Shown piece after piece: positions 18,386 to 26,741 of a DNA stretch of 64,000 bases; positions within the stretch are counted from its first letter, which is position 1, and every line of letters starts with the position of its first letter. The notes below the pieces were generated by a model. The model had not been told where the DNA came from, searched no databases, and worked only from the letters and a program-made list of their open reading frames with translations. This DNA comes from Candidatus Liptonbacteria bacterium (GTDB lineage: Bacteria > Patescibacteriota > Minisyncoccia > UBA6257 > 2-01-FULL-56-20), in assembly GCA_016212635.1 (NCBI GenBank), contig JACRFR010000018.1, forward strand, positions 4,080 through 68,079, written 5' to 3'. Position numbers and translations under genes: made by a program.

Positions 18386-19711
18386 TCATAGATCCGCGGG
18401 GATCTCGTGGCTGGGCGCCAGCTTGGGATCGGTCGGCAGGGTAAAAGAGAAAATGCTGCCTCGGTTGACTTCGGATTGGATGCTAAACTCCCCGCCGTGC
18501 GCCTTGATGATACTCTGAACGATAAATAAACCCAAGCCCGAGCCTTTGGTTTCGTATTTCAGGGCGTTTTCCGCGCGGAAGAATTTTTGTCCGATCTTGT
18601 CCAGCTCCTGCGGCGGGATGCCGATCCCGGTGTCGCGCACGGACAGTTTTTGGTAGGGGCGATCGGGCAGCTGTTCCAGCTTAACGATGATTTCCCCGTC
18701 TTTGATGTTGTAACGCACCGCATTTTCCAGCAGATTATTGATCACAATGGAGAGTTTTTGGGAATCTGCGATTGCGGGCGGCAATGGATCTTTGGGCCGA
18801 TCGAAGTACAATTTGAGGCCGGCTTGTTGGACCAGGGGTAAAAGCTGGGTCATAAGCTTGTCCGCCAGGGCGGCGAGATCCAGCGGTTCTTTCTGGTAGC
18901 CAAAGTGGCCCTCTTCGATTTTGGCAATGGACAGCAGGTCTTCGGTAATTTTCGCCAATTCCCGGCTGGATCCCAGAGTGGCTTGAATAATGGTTTGCGC
19001 GCCGGGGTTCAGAGTAGAGTCGCTCGCGAGCGCCTCCAGGGCCCAAATAATTTCCGTGATGGGCGTACGCAGTTGATGCGAAGCTACGGTGATAAAGTCA
19101 TTTTTGGAGCGGATCGACGCCAATTCCCGAGTGCGGTCGTGGACGATCTTAACAAACCCAATCAGGTTGCCCGATTCGTCGCGGATCAGCGAGGTTGCCA
19201 CCCGGAGTTCCATCGCGGGCAACTCGAAAGACAGGTCGATTATCTCCGGATAGGTACCGGCCTCGGAGCGGGGCGCCATCACGGGCGCGAGCGCCGGGTA
19301 GATAACTTGGGTCAGGCGCTGCAGTTCCGGCTTTTGGGCATCCCGCGGTTCGATCTTTTGCCGCACAACTTGGTCCGCGGTCACGCGAAACAACTTCTCG
19401 GCCGCGGGATTAAAGAAAATGATCCGGAAACTTGGGTCATAAGCGATCAGGGCGTCGCTCAAGCCGAATATAATATGGCGCAATTCGTTTTGCTCCCGCG
19501 TCACCTCCGGGCCCAGCGCCGCGGCGCGGCCAGTCTGGATAAAAGCCAGTCCGCCCAAGACCAGGAGCACAATCATGCCCAAATATCGCCAGGGGGCGGG
19601 CAGCCAAGCCAGCCCAATTAGAACCATCGCCCAGAGCGGGAGGGAAAACCAAAACACCCGCATGGCAGGCAAACGGATCGCTTCTTGTATTTGTTGACGC
19701 AATTTATCCAT
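18386..19711 (-). CDS. Sensor histidine kinase (transmembrane N-terminus, PAS-like domain, HisKA, HATPase_c).
   Basis: HQLRTPITEI H-box, and a GSGLGL region in the ATPase domain. The start was set at ATG 19711 (MDKLRQQ) because the longer ORF extension runs into the inverted-repeat element. Confidence 0.8.
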   Translation of the reverse strand: MDKLRQQIQEAIRLPAMRVFWFSLPLWAMVLIGLAWLPAPWRYLGMIVLLVLGGLAFIQTGRAAALGPEVTREQNELRHIIFGLSDALIAYDPSFRIIFFNPAAEKLFRVTADQVVRQKIEPRDAQKPELQRLTQVIYPALAPVMAPRSEAGTYPEIIDLSFELPAMELRVATSLIRDESGNLIGFVKIVHDRTRELASIRSKNDFITVASHQLRTPITEIIWALEALASDSTLNPGAQTIIQATLGSSRELAKITEDLLSIAKIEEGHFGYQKEPLDLAALADKLMTQLLPLVQQAGLKLYFDRPKDPLPPAIADSQKLSIVINNLLENAVRYNIKDGEIIVKLEQLPDRPYQKLSVRDTGIGIPPQELDKIGQKFFRAENALKYETKGSGLGLFIVQSIIKAHGGEFSIQSEVNRGSIFSFTLPTDPKLAPSHEIPADL

Positions 19712-19765
19712 AACCAGATCAACCGTGCAGCTCGAGATGGCCCCAGTCCTTCCCGGTACAGACCT

Positions 19766-19897
19766 GGCGCTGTTCGAAAACCCCAGGTTTGTCATTCCGG
19801 CGAAAGCCGGAATCCAGGTTTTCTTAGTCACTGGATCCCGGGTCAAGCCCGGGATGACGCTCGGCAAGCGGGGGAATCAATGTTTTCGAACAGCGCC
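19766..19897. mobile_element. MITE-like element copy A: 132 bp with 16-bp perfect terminal inverted repeats GGCGCTGTTCGAAAAC and a 7-bp flanking duplication (CAGACCT). It is inserted in the 3' end of polA.
   Basis: It is identical (1 mismatch) to 60587-60718. The interior has two hairpin arms, GTCATTCCGGCGAAAGCCGGAATCCAG and CTGGATCCCGGGTCAAGCCCGGGATGAC. The original polA C-terminus (..VKVCTGKDWGHLELHG*) can be reconstructed across the insertion. Confidence 0.8.
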
Positions 19898-22367
19898 TGC
19901 AGACCTTGACTGATATCGGCACGCCAAGTTCTGGAGCGGCACGCTCCATCGCCTCGCGCAGCACGGGTATGGTTTCTTCTATCTTATCATCGCGTATCTG
20001 GAACAGCAATTCATCATGGATCGAGAGAAGCAGTTGGACCGTACCGTCCCAGGAGTTGCGGCGCACTAATTCCGCGCGCGCTCGAATCATGGCCAGTTTG
20101 ATCAGGTCGGCTCCGGAACCTTGCACGGGATGGTTGATCGCGGCCCGTCCCGCAGCCGCGACCAGGCGCGGGGAGTTGGAGATGAACTCCGGAAAGTAGC
20201 GCCGGCGGCCAGTCAAGGTTTGGGTATAACCCAGAGTACGGGCGGTTTGTTGGGTCGCTTCCTGCCAATCGCGGACGCCCCGAAAATGCTGGAAATACGC
20301 GGCGATAAACTGGCGGGCGGCGGCCCGGTCGATGCCTCCCGTCCGGGCAAAAGCGCTTTCACCCATGCCGTAGATCAAACCGAAGTTCAGGGTTTTGGCG
20401 ATCCGCCGATCCGCATCCGTTACGGCGGAGAGTGGTTTGCCCAAGATCTCGGCGGCAGTGGCACGATGCACGTCGCCACCCTGCCGAAAAACTTGGAGCA
20501 GCTGCGGGTCGCCGGAGAGCACTGCCAGGATGCGCAATTCCAATTGGGAATAGTCCAGAGTAACCAGGGTGTGCCCCGGGTCTGACTGGAAGACACTCCG
20601 CAGCGCCGGCGCCCAAGGCGAGTCGCGGGGAATGTTCTGTAAGTTTGGGTTTTGGGAACTTAAGCGTCCGGTGGCGGTGCCGGTCTGGATAAATTCGGTG
20701 TGAGCGCGGCCTATGGAACGAGCCAGTTCCAAAAGCGGCAGGATGTAGGTGGATCGAATCTTGAAGTGTTCTCGATAAGCCAAGATTGAGGATATGGCCG
20801 GATGTCGGTCCGAGAGTTCGGCCAAGCGCTCCGCGTCGGTGGAACGGCTGGCTCTGACCGCGCTGGGCGGCAGAAGTTTCAGCTCCTCGAAGAGCACGGT
20901 AGCCAGTTGCGCCGGGGAGTTCAGATTGAACTCGTGTCCTATTGATCTATAGATTTTTTGTTCCAGCTCTTGGATGGCCCGGCCTAGTTCGTGCTGGATG
21001 GTTACGAGTCGAGCCGCATCCAAACGAATGCCGCGTTGTTCCATCTCCGCCAAGATCCGGAGCACGGGCATTTCCACTTGTTCGAAAACAGCAAGTAGCT
21101 GATTGTGCTGCAGTTTAGTTCTTAGAGCGGCGTACAGCTCCGCCAAATCGCGCTCGTTTACCCTGTTAGAATCTTCGTTTCTAACGGGGTTTAGCCGGCC
21201 ATCGCGTCCCAAAATACGCGCCGCGACCGTGGCGGGTGCATAATCTTTAAGGTCGGGCTCGAGCAGCCAAAAGGCCACGCCTAAATCGGCGTAGGGCGGT
21301 ACCAAGTCTTGACCTTGTGCCCAGGCCCGTTTCAGGGCGGTTTTTAGATCAAAACCGATCTTGATCCGGCGAGGATCATTTTGCCCGGGCCAGGCCGCCG
21401 TTTGGCTGGAAATTACCCAGCAAGCCCGCGATTCGTCTCCGGCGTCCACGGGGGAAGAAGTTGGAGGGGCGAAAAGGCCGCCGAGAGTCCGGGGAGGCGG
21501 GGTGGGGGTGGTTGGTTTAGGAACCAGAGAATCGAAACCAAGCTGGCGGAAGGTGGCCGCGGGCTCGCCGGGCGCATGGTCTCGCACCCGGAGTTGTTCC
21601 AGGTTCTGGATCGGCAGTTCGGCATCGCGTTTTAAGGTGACTAGTTCGCGGGAAAGCAGTATTTGTTTCCGGAAAGGTTCCAGTTTAGCCCGCAGTTTGG
21701 CATCTTGGGACGATTGCTGAAGCAGCGCATCCAGGGTGTGATATTCGGCCAGCCAACCAGAGGCAGTTTTAGGCCCAACTCCGGGCACACCCGGAACATT
21801 GTCGGAGGCATCGCCCACTAACGCTTTATAATCCACCAGCTGATTCGGGGCCAGGCCATACCGTTCCCGAACGGCGGCGGAGTTGTACACAATGGTGTCG
21901 CTGATCCCTTTTTTAAACGTGCGGATGGCTATGTGGCCGTCGTCGACCAGCTGCAGAGAGTCTAGGTCGCCGGTCAGGACTATGATCTTTAAATCCTCTT
22001 CTCGCCGAAATTTTTCCGCCAGGGTCGCGATAATGTCATCCGCTTCCACGCCGGGACATTCCACGCTGGTGATGCCCAAGATTGCGAAGAGGTCCCGGGC
22101 GGCAATGATCTGGGTTACCAATTCTCCGGGAGTGGGTGGACGCTGGGCTTTATAGGCCGGAAATTGGAGTTTGCGGAAGGTAGGTTCGGGACGGTCGAAC
22201 GCGGCGGCGGCGAAATCCGGTTTGCCTTCGCGCCAAAGTTTCAAGAGGATGCGGGCCACGCCGTAGAGCGCTCCGGTGGGACGGCCATCCGGAGCCGAGA
22301 GCGGCGGCAGGGCGTGAAACATCCGGTGGATGAGCGAGTTGGCGTCTAAGAGGAGGAGGGTTTTCAT
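19824..22367 (-). CDS. polA: DNA polymerase I (5' nuclease + polymerase domains). The 3' end is remodeled by the MITE insertion.
   Basis: N-terminal 5'-3' exonuclease motifs, and polymerase motifs DYSQLELRILA, FGLIYGMG, LLSIHDELLF. The last 24 aa (CRRCSKTLIPPLAERHPGLDPGSSD) are encoded by the inserted element. Confidence 0.95.
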   Translation of the reverse strand: MKTLLLLDANSLIHRMFHALPPLSAPDGRPTGALYGVARILLKLWREGKPDFAAAAFDRPEPTFRKLQFPAYKAQRPPTPGELVTQIIAARDLFAILGITSVECPGVEADDIIATLAEKFRREEDLKIIVLTGDLDSLQLVDDGHIAIRTFKKGISDTIVYNSAAVRERYGLAPNQLVDYKALVGDASDNVPGVPGVGPKTASGWLAEYHTLDALLQQSSQDAKLRAKLEPFRKQILLSRELVTLKRDAELPIQNLEQLRVRDHAPGEPAATFRQLGFDSLVPKPTTPTPPPRTLGGLFAPPTSSPVDAGDESRACWVISSQTAAWPGQNDPRRIKIGFDLKTALKRAWAQGQDLVPPYADLGVAFWLLEPDLKDYAPATVAARILGRDGRLNPVRNEDSNRVNERDLAELYAALRTKLQHNQLLAVFEQVEMPVLRILAEMEQRGIRLDAARLVTIQHELGRAIQELEQKIYRSIGHEFNLNSPAQLATVLFEELKLLPPSAVRASRSTDAERLAELSDRHPAISSILAYREHFKIRSTYILPLLELARSIGRAHTEFIQTGTATGRLSSQNPNLQNIPRDSPWAPALRSVFQSDPGHTLVTLDYSQLELRILAVLSGDPQLLQVFRQGGDVHRATAAEILGKPLSAVTDADRRIAKTLNFGLIYGMGESAFARTGGIDRAAARQFIAAYFQHFRGVRDWQEATQQTARTLGYTQTLTGRRRYFPEFISNSPRLVAAAGRAAINHPVQGSGADLIKLAMIRARAELVRRNSWDGTVQLLLSIHDELLFQIRDDKIEETIPVLREAMERAAPELGVPISVKVCRRCSKTLIPPLAERHPGLDPGSSD

Positions 22368-22427
22368 AAGAGTAATCGCAAATAACGCTAATTGGAGAGG
22401 TAATAACGCGAATGAAACAAGGATTAA

Positions 22428-22919
22428 TTAATTACTAATTTCTAATTTAGATAGCCTCCGCCCGCCGATTTCGATGGCTCGCTCGTGTTCGCGCTGTCCG
22501 TGGTGGAAGCGTAGCCAAACTGTCTGGCGAGAGGGCAGTGCGCGGGGCAAACGATCCGCCCATTCTATTAATACTATATTTTGGGGATCGGCCAGGAGCG
22601 CCGCGAAGTCGAGCGGACCGAGTTGGGCGTGTTGTTGCAGACGGTAAAAATCCAAATGAAACGCCCGTTTCCAGTTTCGCTTTCGGAGGACATACTTTTT
22701 CATCAACACAAACGTGGGGCTGGTCAGGCGGCCGCGCACGCCCAGCGCGCGCAGGAACCCTTGAATAAAGGTGGTCTTGCCGCTGCCTAAATCCCCCGCC
22801 AGGGCGATCACCAGGGCGCGCTTGGGACCGTGATGGGACTTGTTATCCGAGAGGGTTTGCGCCCAGGCCGCTCCCAGTTTTACTGTCGCGCGGGAAGAAC
22901 AGGTTGTAAATTTGGTCAT
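22428..22919 (-). CDS. tsaE: tRNA t6A37 biosynthesis ATPase TsaE.
   Basis: ALAGDLGSGKTTFIQGFLRALGV P-loop. About 163 aa from ATG 22919. Confidence 0.7.
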   Translation of the reverse strand: MTKFTTCSSRATVKLGAAWAQTLSDNKSHHGPKRALVIALAGDLGSGKTTFIQGFLRALGVRGRLTSPTFVLMKKYVLRKRNWKRAFHLDFYRLQQHAQLGPLDFAALLADPQNIVLIEWADRLPRALPSRQTVWLRFHHGQREHERAIEIGGRRLSKLEISN

Positions 22920-23415
22920 ATTGCTTAAATAGGAACAGGCTAGCGCCAGCCAGCGCCAGGGCAACGCCCAGGGCCAACAGCATTATATCCCAAAAACTAC
23001 CCGCTGACCGAACCACTAGGCTGGAGGGATAGGTGTCTTGAGTTAGAACTGCCGCCAACTGGTTGGCTCGTCCCGGAGTCGGCTCCGAGAACCGGAAGTG
23101 GTTCCCAAATCGGCTGAAACTCCGCCCCTCCGACGCCGCACCCAGAAATGCCGCCTGGTCGGCCAACTGACCCCCGGCCGCATACAGACTGACTGCTCCG
23201 CCCTGATTCCCCAGGGTGAGTTTAGTTTCGGACCGAGCAAGCAGCGCATATCCATGGGGAGCGATAACTCCATCCAGGGCCACGCTTTTTTTATTCACCG
23301 CCAACTGCCAGTTTTGGAGATTGACCGGCGCGTCTCCGGTATTTACCAGCTCCACCCATTCGCCCCGGGCATCATTTCCTTTGGGGTTGGGCAGCCATTC
23401 GTTGATGAGAATCAT
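22843..23415 (-). CDS. Lamin-tail-domain (LTD) protein with a C-terminal transmembrane anchor.
   Basis: INEWLPNPKGNDARGEWVELVNTGDAPVNLQNWQL is the LTD signature. Confidence 0.6.
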   Translation of the reverse strand: MILINEWLPNPKGNDARGEWVELVNTGDAPVNLQNWQLAVNKKSVALDGVIAPHGYALLARSETKLTLGNQGGAVSLYAAGGQLADQAAFLGAASEGRSFSRFGNHFRFSEPTPGRANQLAAVLTQDTYPSSLVVRSAGSFWDIMLLALGVALALAGASLFLFKQYDQIYNLFFPRDSKTGSGLGANPLG

Positions 23416-23432
23416 ATTAAAGAGATTCGAAC

Positions 23433-25946
23433 TTACACTGAATTAAAAAGTGAATTAAATTTCCGCCTCCATTCGTTTTCGAAAATAACTTGGAAATTTA
23501 TATGGCTCTTTTGGAGTGCTAATCCCAAATCGCTCATTTTCTTTTCGTCCGCCATTTTATTGCACACTTCGAAAAGCGACTTTTTGTAATCGGTATCCTC
23601 GTTTTTTAGGTGCACCCCTTTTGTTTCGATTATAAACACCGACCCGCCGACCTTTCCGTTGGCTACGGAGAAAATAAAGTCGGGGTACACTTTTTGTTTT
23701 TTCCACCCTTGAATGGCATAATCGCTACGCGCGACATTCCGGAACCAGAAAAACAACTTGTCCTGGTCCTCTAGATACCATGCCACCGCTTTTTCTGTTT
23801 TGTTAAACTCGTCCTCTGCTACGAATTCAAACAAGCTTCTCTGAAGCGGCTGCCCATCATTTCGTAAGAGTGGGCGTGATAAAGTTTTTGCCTTGATTTG
23901 CTTAGGGAATTTGAAGCCGAGATCGTTTCCGATCACCAGAAACTTCAGTCGTCCCGCGTCAAGAAGTTTTTGAAACACTTGTTTCGAAAGGCGATTTTTC
24001 TCGCTTGAAAGAAGTTTGCGCAATTCCTCGATAACAAAAACAAAATTATTGGCCACCAATTTAATATTGTGCCGGGCAATTAATTCTTTAAGCACCAAGG
24101 CACCGATTTTATAGGAAAGCCATGGATTGGGTACAATATCGAGCAGGTGCCGAGCGAGAAAAACTTCATCTAACTTTAAAGCGCCGCTTCTCAAATGTTT
24201 TACACCCTGTTGTTCGATAAGTTTGTGCGGGTTGGTAGCTAGCGACACGATCTGCTCGATGTCTTTTTCTTCGATGAGGGAGAGGGGAAGCGAATACATC
24301 GGCTCGATATTTATTTCATTCCAGTCAATGCGGCTTGCAATGTCGCGCTCATAATTTACGACCCAAGATTCCCGCCCGTCTTGCATGACGAATACGGGCA
24401 GGATAATCTGGCTCACCGCTTTTTTGAATTTTTCCCGAATCAAAACGTTTTTTTCTCTAACCGCTTCTGATCCTTCAAGGCCTTCGTCCGTTACCACTTG
24501 CCCCGCAAGATCGCCAAGCCCCTCCTGTTCGAATCCTGATCGAATGTTCGACAAAAGAGCGCTGGCTCGTTGTTGGTAGCAAAACACATAACTTTCATCA
24601 AGCTCTTTCACTTTTGTTTTCCTTGCGAACGGCTGACGAAGAATGCGTCCAACGAGCTGGGTTAAAGCATTCTGGGATGTCGGATTTGAAAGAATGGTTA
24701 GCACATACGCAAACGGGCAGTCCCAGCCCTCCTGAAGCGCTTGCTTGGTTATGATGTACCTGATCTGACAATCCCGCGACAAAAGTCCGCCCACGTCATC
24801 GACCTCTTTAAGTTCGTCCTTCTCGCTTGTTTTAGTGGCGATCTGCTCGGCCGGAATGCCCATGGTTTTTATGAGAAACTCGCGCACGTCTTCGGCGTGG
24901 ATACGCCCGCTATCCCTTTGGTCTTTTCCGGTTCGTTCAACTTGAATCAAAACAATCGGGCGGATATAGGCTCCTTTATTCGCCTCGTACTCTTGTGCTT
25001 TTTCTTCTAAAAAACCGCGATGGTTTACCGCCGCCAAAAGTGTATCTTTCCAATCCGTGCTCGCCTTATTGATGATGTGCAGGTCAAGCTTAATCATTCC
25101 CTCCTGATTAAGTTCCGCGCCGCGAATATCAACCAAAATATTGCTTTCTTCCGGCGGTGTTGCGGAAAGTTCAAGAATCATCAAGGGGTTGAAACTGCGA
25201 AGCGTGCTCTGCGCCGTTTCACTGTATGCTTTGTGTCCCTCGTCAAGAATGATTAAAGGATTTAAAAGCCGGAGCGTGTTTCCCAGTGATGTTTTGATCT
25301 GATATTCCCAAAAGTTTCCCGCCTCGCCATAAGTATTGAGGTTGGGAATTTGTTTTAGTAATTCTTGATTGGCCTTGATGTTGTCCTCTGGCGGGAAGAA
25401 GTCCTGAAAACCGCCATTGTCTTTAAACATCCGGAGTGTCTCTTTGTTTTGACGCGAAGCCGACGGCAACATCAGTATAAGGACTACTAGATTTTCGTTT
25501 ATATCGAGCGGGACAAACCGATCCGTTTTCTCCAAAATCGTAGTCCGACCACCACTCGCAATATCAAGGTGTTGCCGATAGGGATGTTCTCGATCTCGTA
25601 AACTTCTTATCGTTTGATTATAAATTTGCGTGGTGGGCACTATCCAAAGAATAAGCCCTGTGCGCTTTTTGAGATAAGTTGTATTGATGAGATCGATCGC
25701 CTTTACGGCAAGCAGTGTTTTGCCGCCGCCGGTTGGGATCTTGAGGCAGAAGTTAGGCAATGGATTACCAATGCCGTTTTTATGCGAGTGATACTTCTTG
25801 CCGACTTCTGCCTTTTCCCACGCCTTCGCCGGAAAATCTATCTCCAGCTCCGGGTTTTGCGCGGCTTTCGTGCGCCAACCATTAAGTTGCTCGAGGTAAT
25901 GCTTGAGCTGTTCCAGGGTCTTTATTTGATAATCCTTGAGTTCCAT
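23433..25946 (-). CDS. res: Type III restriction enzyme Res subunit (SF2 helicase plus C-terminal PD-(D/E)xK nuclease).
   Basis: PTGGGKTL (motif I), LIILDEGHKA (DEAH-like motif II), and a C-terminal VYPDFIF...IIETKG nuclease motif. Confidence 0.85.
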   Translation of the reverse strand: MELKDYQIKTLEQLKHYLEQLNGWRTKAAQNPELEIDFPAKAWEKAEVGKKYHSHKNGIGNPLPNFCLKIPTGGGKTLLAVKAIDLINTTYLKKRTGLILWIVPTTQIYNQTIRSLRDREHPYRQHLDIASGGRTTILEKTDRFVPLDINENLVVLILMLPSASRQNKETLRMFKDNGGFQDFFPPEDNIKANQELLKQIPNLNTYGEAGNFWEYQIKTSLGNTLRLLNPLIILDEGHKAYSETAQSTLRSFNPLMILELSATPPEESNILVDIRGAELNQEGMIKLDLHIINKASTDWKDTLLAAVNHRGFLEEKAQEYEANKGAYIRPIVLIQVERTGKDQRDSGRIHAEDVREFLIKTMGIPAEQIATKTSEKDELKEVDDVGGLLSRDCQIRYIITKQALQEGWDCPFAYVLTILSNPTSQNALTQLVGRILRQPFARKTKVKELDESYVFCYQQRASALLSNIRSGFEQEGLGDLAGQVVTDEGLEGSEAVREKNVLIREKFKKAVSQIILPVFVMQDGRESWVVNYERDIASRIDWNEINIEPMYSLPLSLIEEKDIEQIVSLATNPHKLIEQQGVKHLRSGALKLDEVFLARHLLDIVPNPWLSYKIGALVLKELIARHNIKLVANNFVFVIEELRKLLSSEKNRLSKQVFQKLLDAGRLKFLVIGNDLGFKFPKQIKAKTLSRPLLRNDGQPLQRSLFEFVAEDEFNKTEKAVAWYLEDQDKLFFWFRNVARSDYAIQGWKKQKVYPDFIFSVANGKVGGSVFIIETKGVHLKNEDTDYKKSLFEVCNKMADEKKMSDLGLALQKSHINFQVIFENEWRRKFNSLFNSV

Positions 25947-25955
25947 GGGTCGCCT

Positions 25956-25973
25956 GTGGATAACTGTGGATAA
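25956..25973. promoter_or_regulatory. Two tandem perfect DnaA-box-like 9-mers (TGTGGATAA x2; TTATCCACAG x2 on the res strand), 10-30 nt upstream of the res start codon.
   Basis: CTGTGGATAACTGTGGATAACT. The same 12-mer CTGTGGATAACT occurs at 13299-13310, 17 nt upstream of the Mur ligase start. Confidence 0.5.
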
Positions 25974-25975
25974 CT

Positions 25976-26068
25976 TTGACTTTCTACATTAATCTCTGCT
26001 ATACTGCAGGCGTAGGAGAAATCCTACTACTCACGCGGTCCCGCCAAAAGCGGGATTTTCGCTTTTTA
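25976..26068 (+). ncRNA. Candidate ~55-nt plus-strand transcription unit between res and the NYN gene: a sigma70-like promoter (TTGACT-18-TATACT), a GTAGGA-GAAA-TCCTAC hairpin, then an intrinsic terminator (CCCGC-CAAAA-GCGGG + ATTTTCGCTTTTTAT).
   Basis: All elements were read directly from the sequence. It is oriented antisense to the res/NYN operon. Confidence 0.35.
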
Positions 26069-26737
26069 TACGTAAAATCTTTTGCCGGTATAAAATTTGC
26101 CAAAGTCAATATATTTATCTTTGATGCCATGTAATTCTCCTGCCACTTTCCCCCGCACGCCAGCAATGCCGATTTTTTTGCCTTTTACTTTCAGTCGTTC
26201 TATTGGTTTTAATAAATCCGAATCGCCAGAGAATAAAATGATTGCTGTCGCTTTTTCGGCATCATCCAGCATATCCATTGCTATTTCCACATCAAAATTA
26301 CACTTCGGCTCTTCAATTATCGTGCCGAATTTATTAAGCTCACTCATTAGCTCCTGAATCTTTTTCCTAACGCCTTCATCAAACAAAGTCAGCGTCCGGC
26401 GCTGGAAGAATAAGCCCTCGTCAATATTTTTTGGAATAAACTTCATCGGTTTTGTTCTTAAAATAGCGCCGGCCGTCCTAATGCGATTATGGAAAGCTTC
26501 GGAGTTTTTCTCGTCTCGCTCATTCAAGCCGTAATAAACCTTAACTTCTTTTATGTTGGGAAAGTTAAACAGTTGCTCCACTATGTCCTCTATGCGGAAT
26601 TTCCACCCTAGAACATCTTGCCAATGGAACATATTCGTTAAATCTAAATAAGCAAAGATTGATGTCTCTTTACTTATCCATTCCAAATAATCTTGTCTCA
26701 CAATAAACTTATTCAAAACGTCTCGTGGAATATCCAT
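26066..26737 (-). CDS. NYN-domain (LabA-like PIN-related) putative nuclease, encoded between the type III mod and res genes.
   Basis: ILFSGDSDLLKPIERLK and N-terminal acidic motifs. The start ATG 26737 lies 4 nt after the mod stop. Confidence 0.7.
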   Translation of the reverse strand: MDIPRDVLNKFIVRQDYLEWISKETSIFAYLDLTNMFHWQDVLGWKFRIEDIVEQLFNFPNIKEVKVYYGLNERDEKNSEAFHNRIRTAGAILRTKPMKFIPKNIDEGLFFQRRTLTLFDEGVRKKIQELMSELNKFGTIIEEPKCNFDVEIAMDMLDDAEKATAIILFSGDSDLLKPIERLKVKGKKIGIAGVRGKVAGELHGIKDKYIDFGKFYTGKRFYV

Positions 26738-26741
26738 AGCT

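Noticed and set aside
22843-22964. Apparent 77-120-nt overlap between tsaE and the LTD protein gene taken as evidence of a frameshift or fusion.
   Set aside because: It is more likely a start-codon choice issue for tsaE, which has several in-frame candidate starts. There is no frame disruption.
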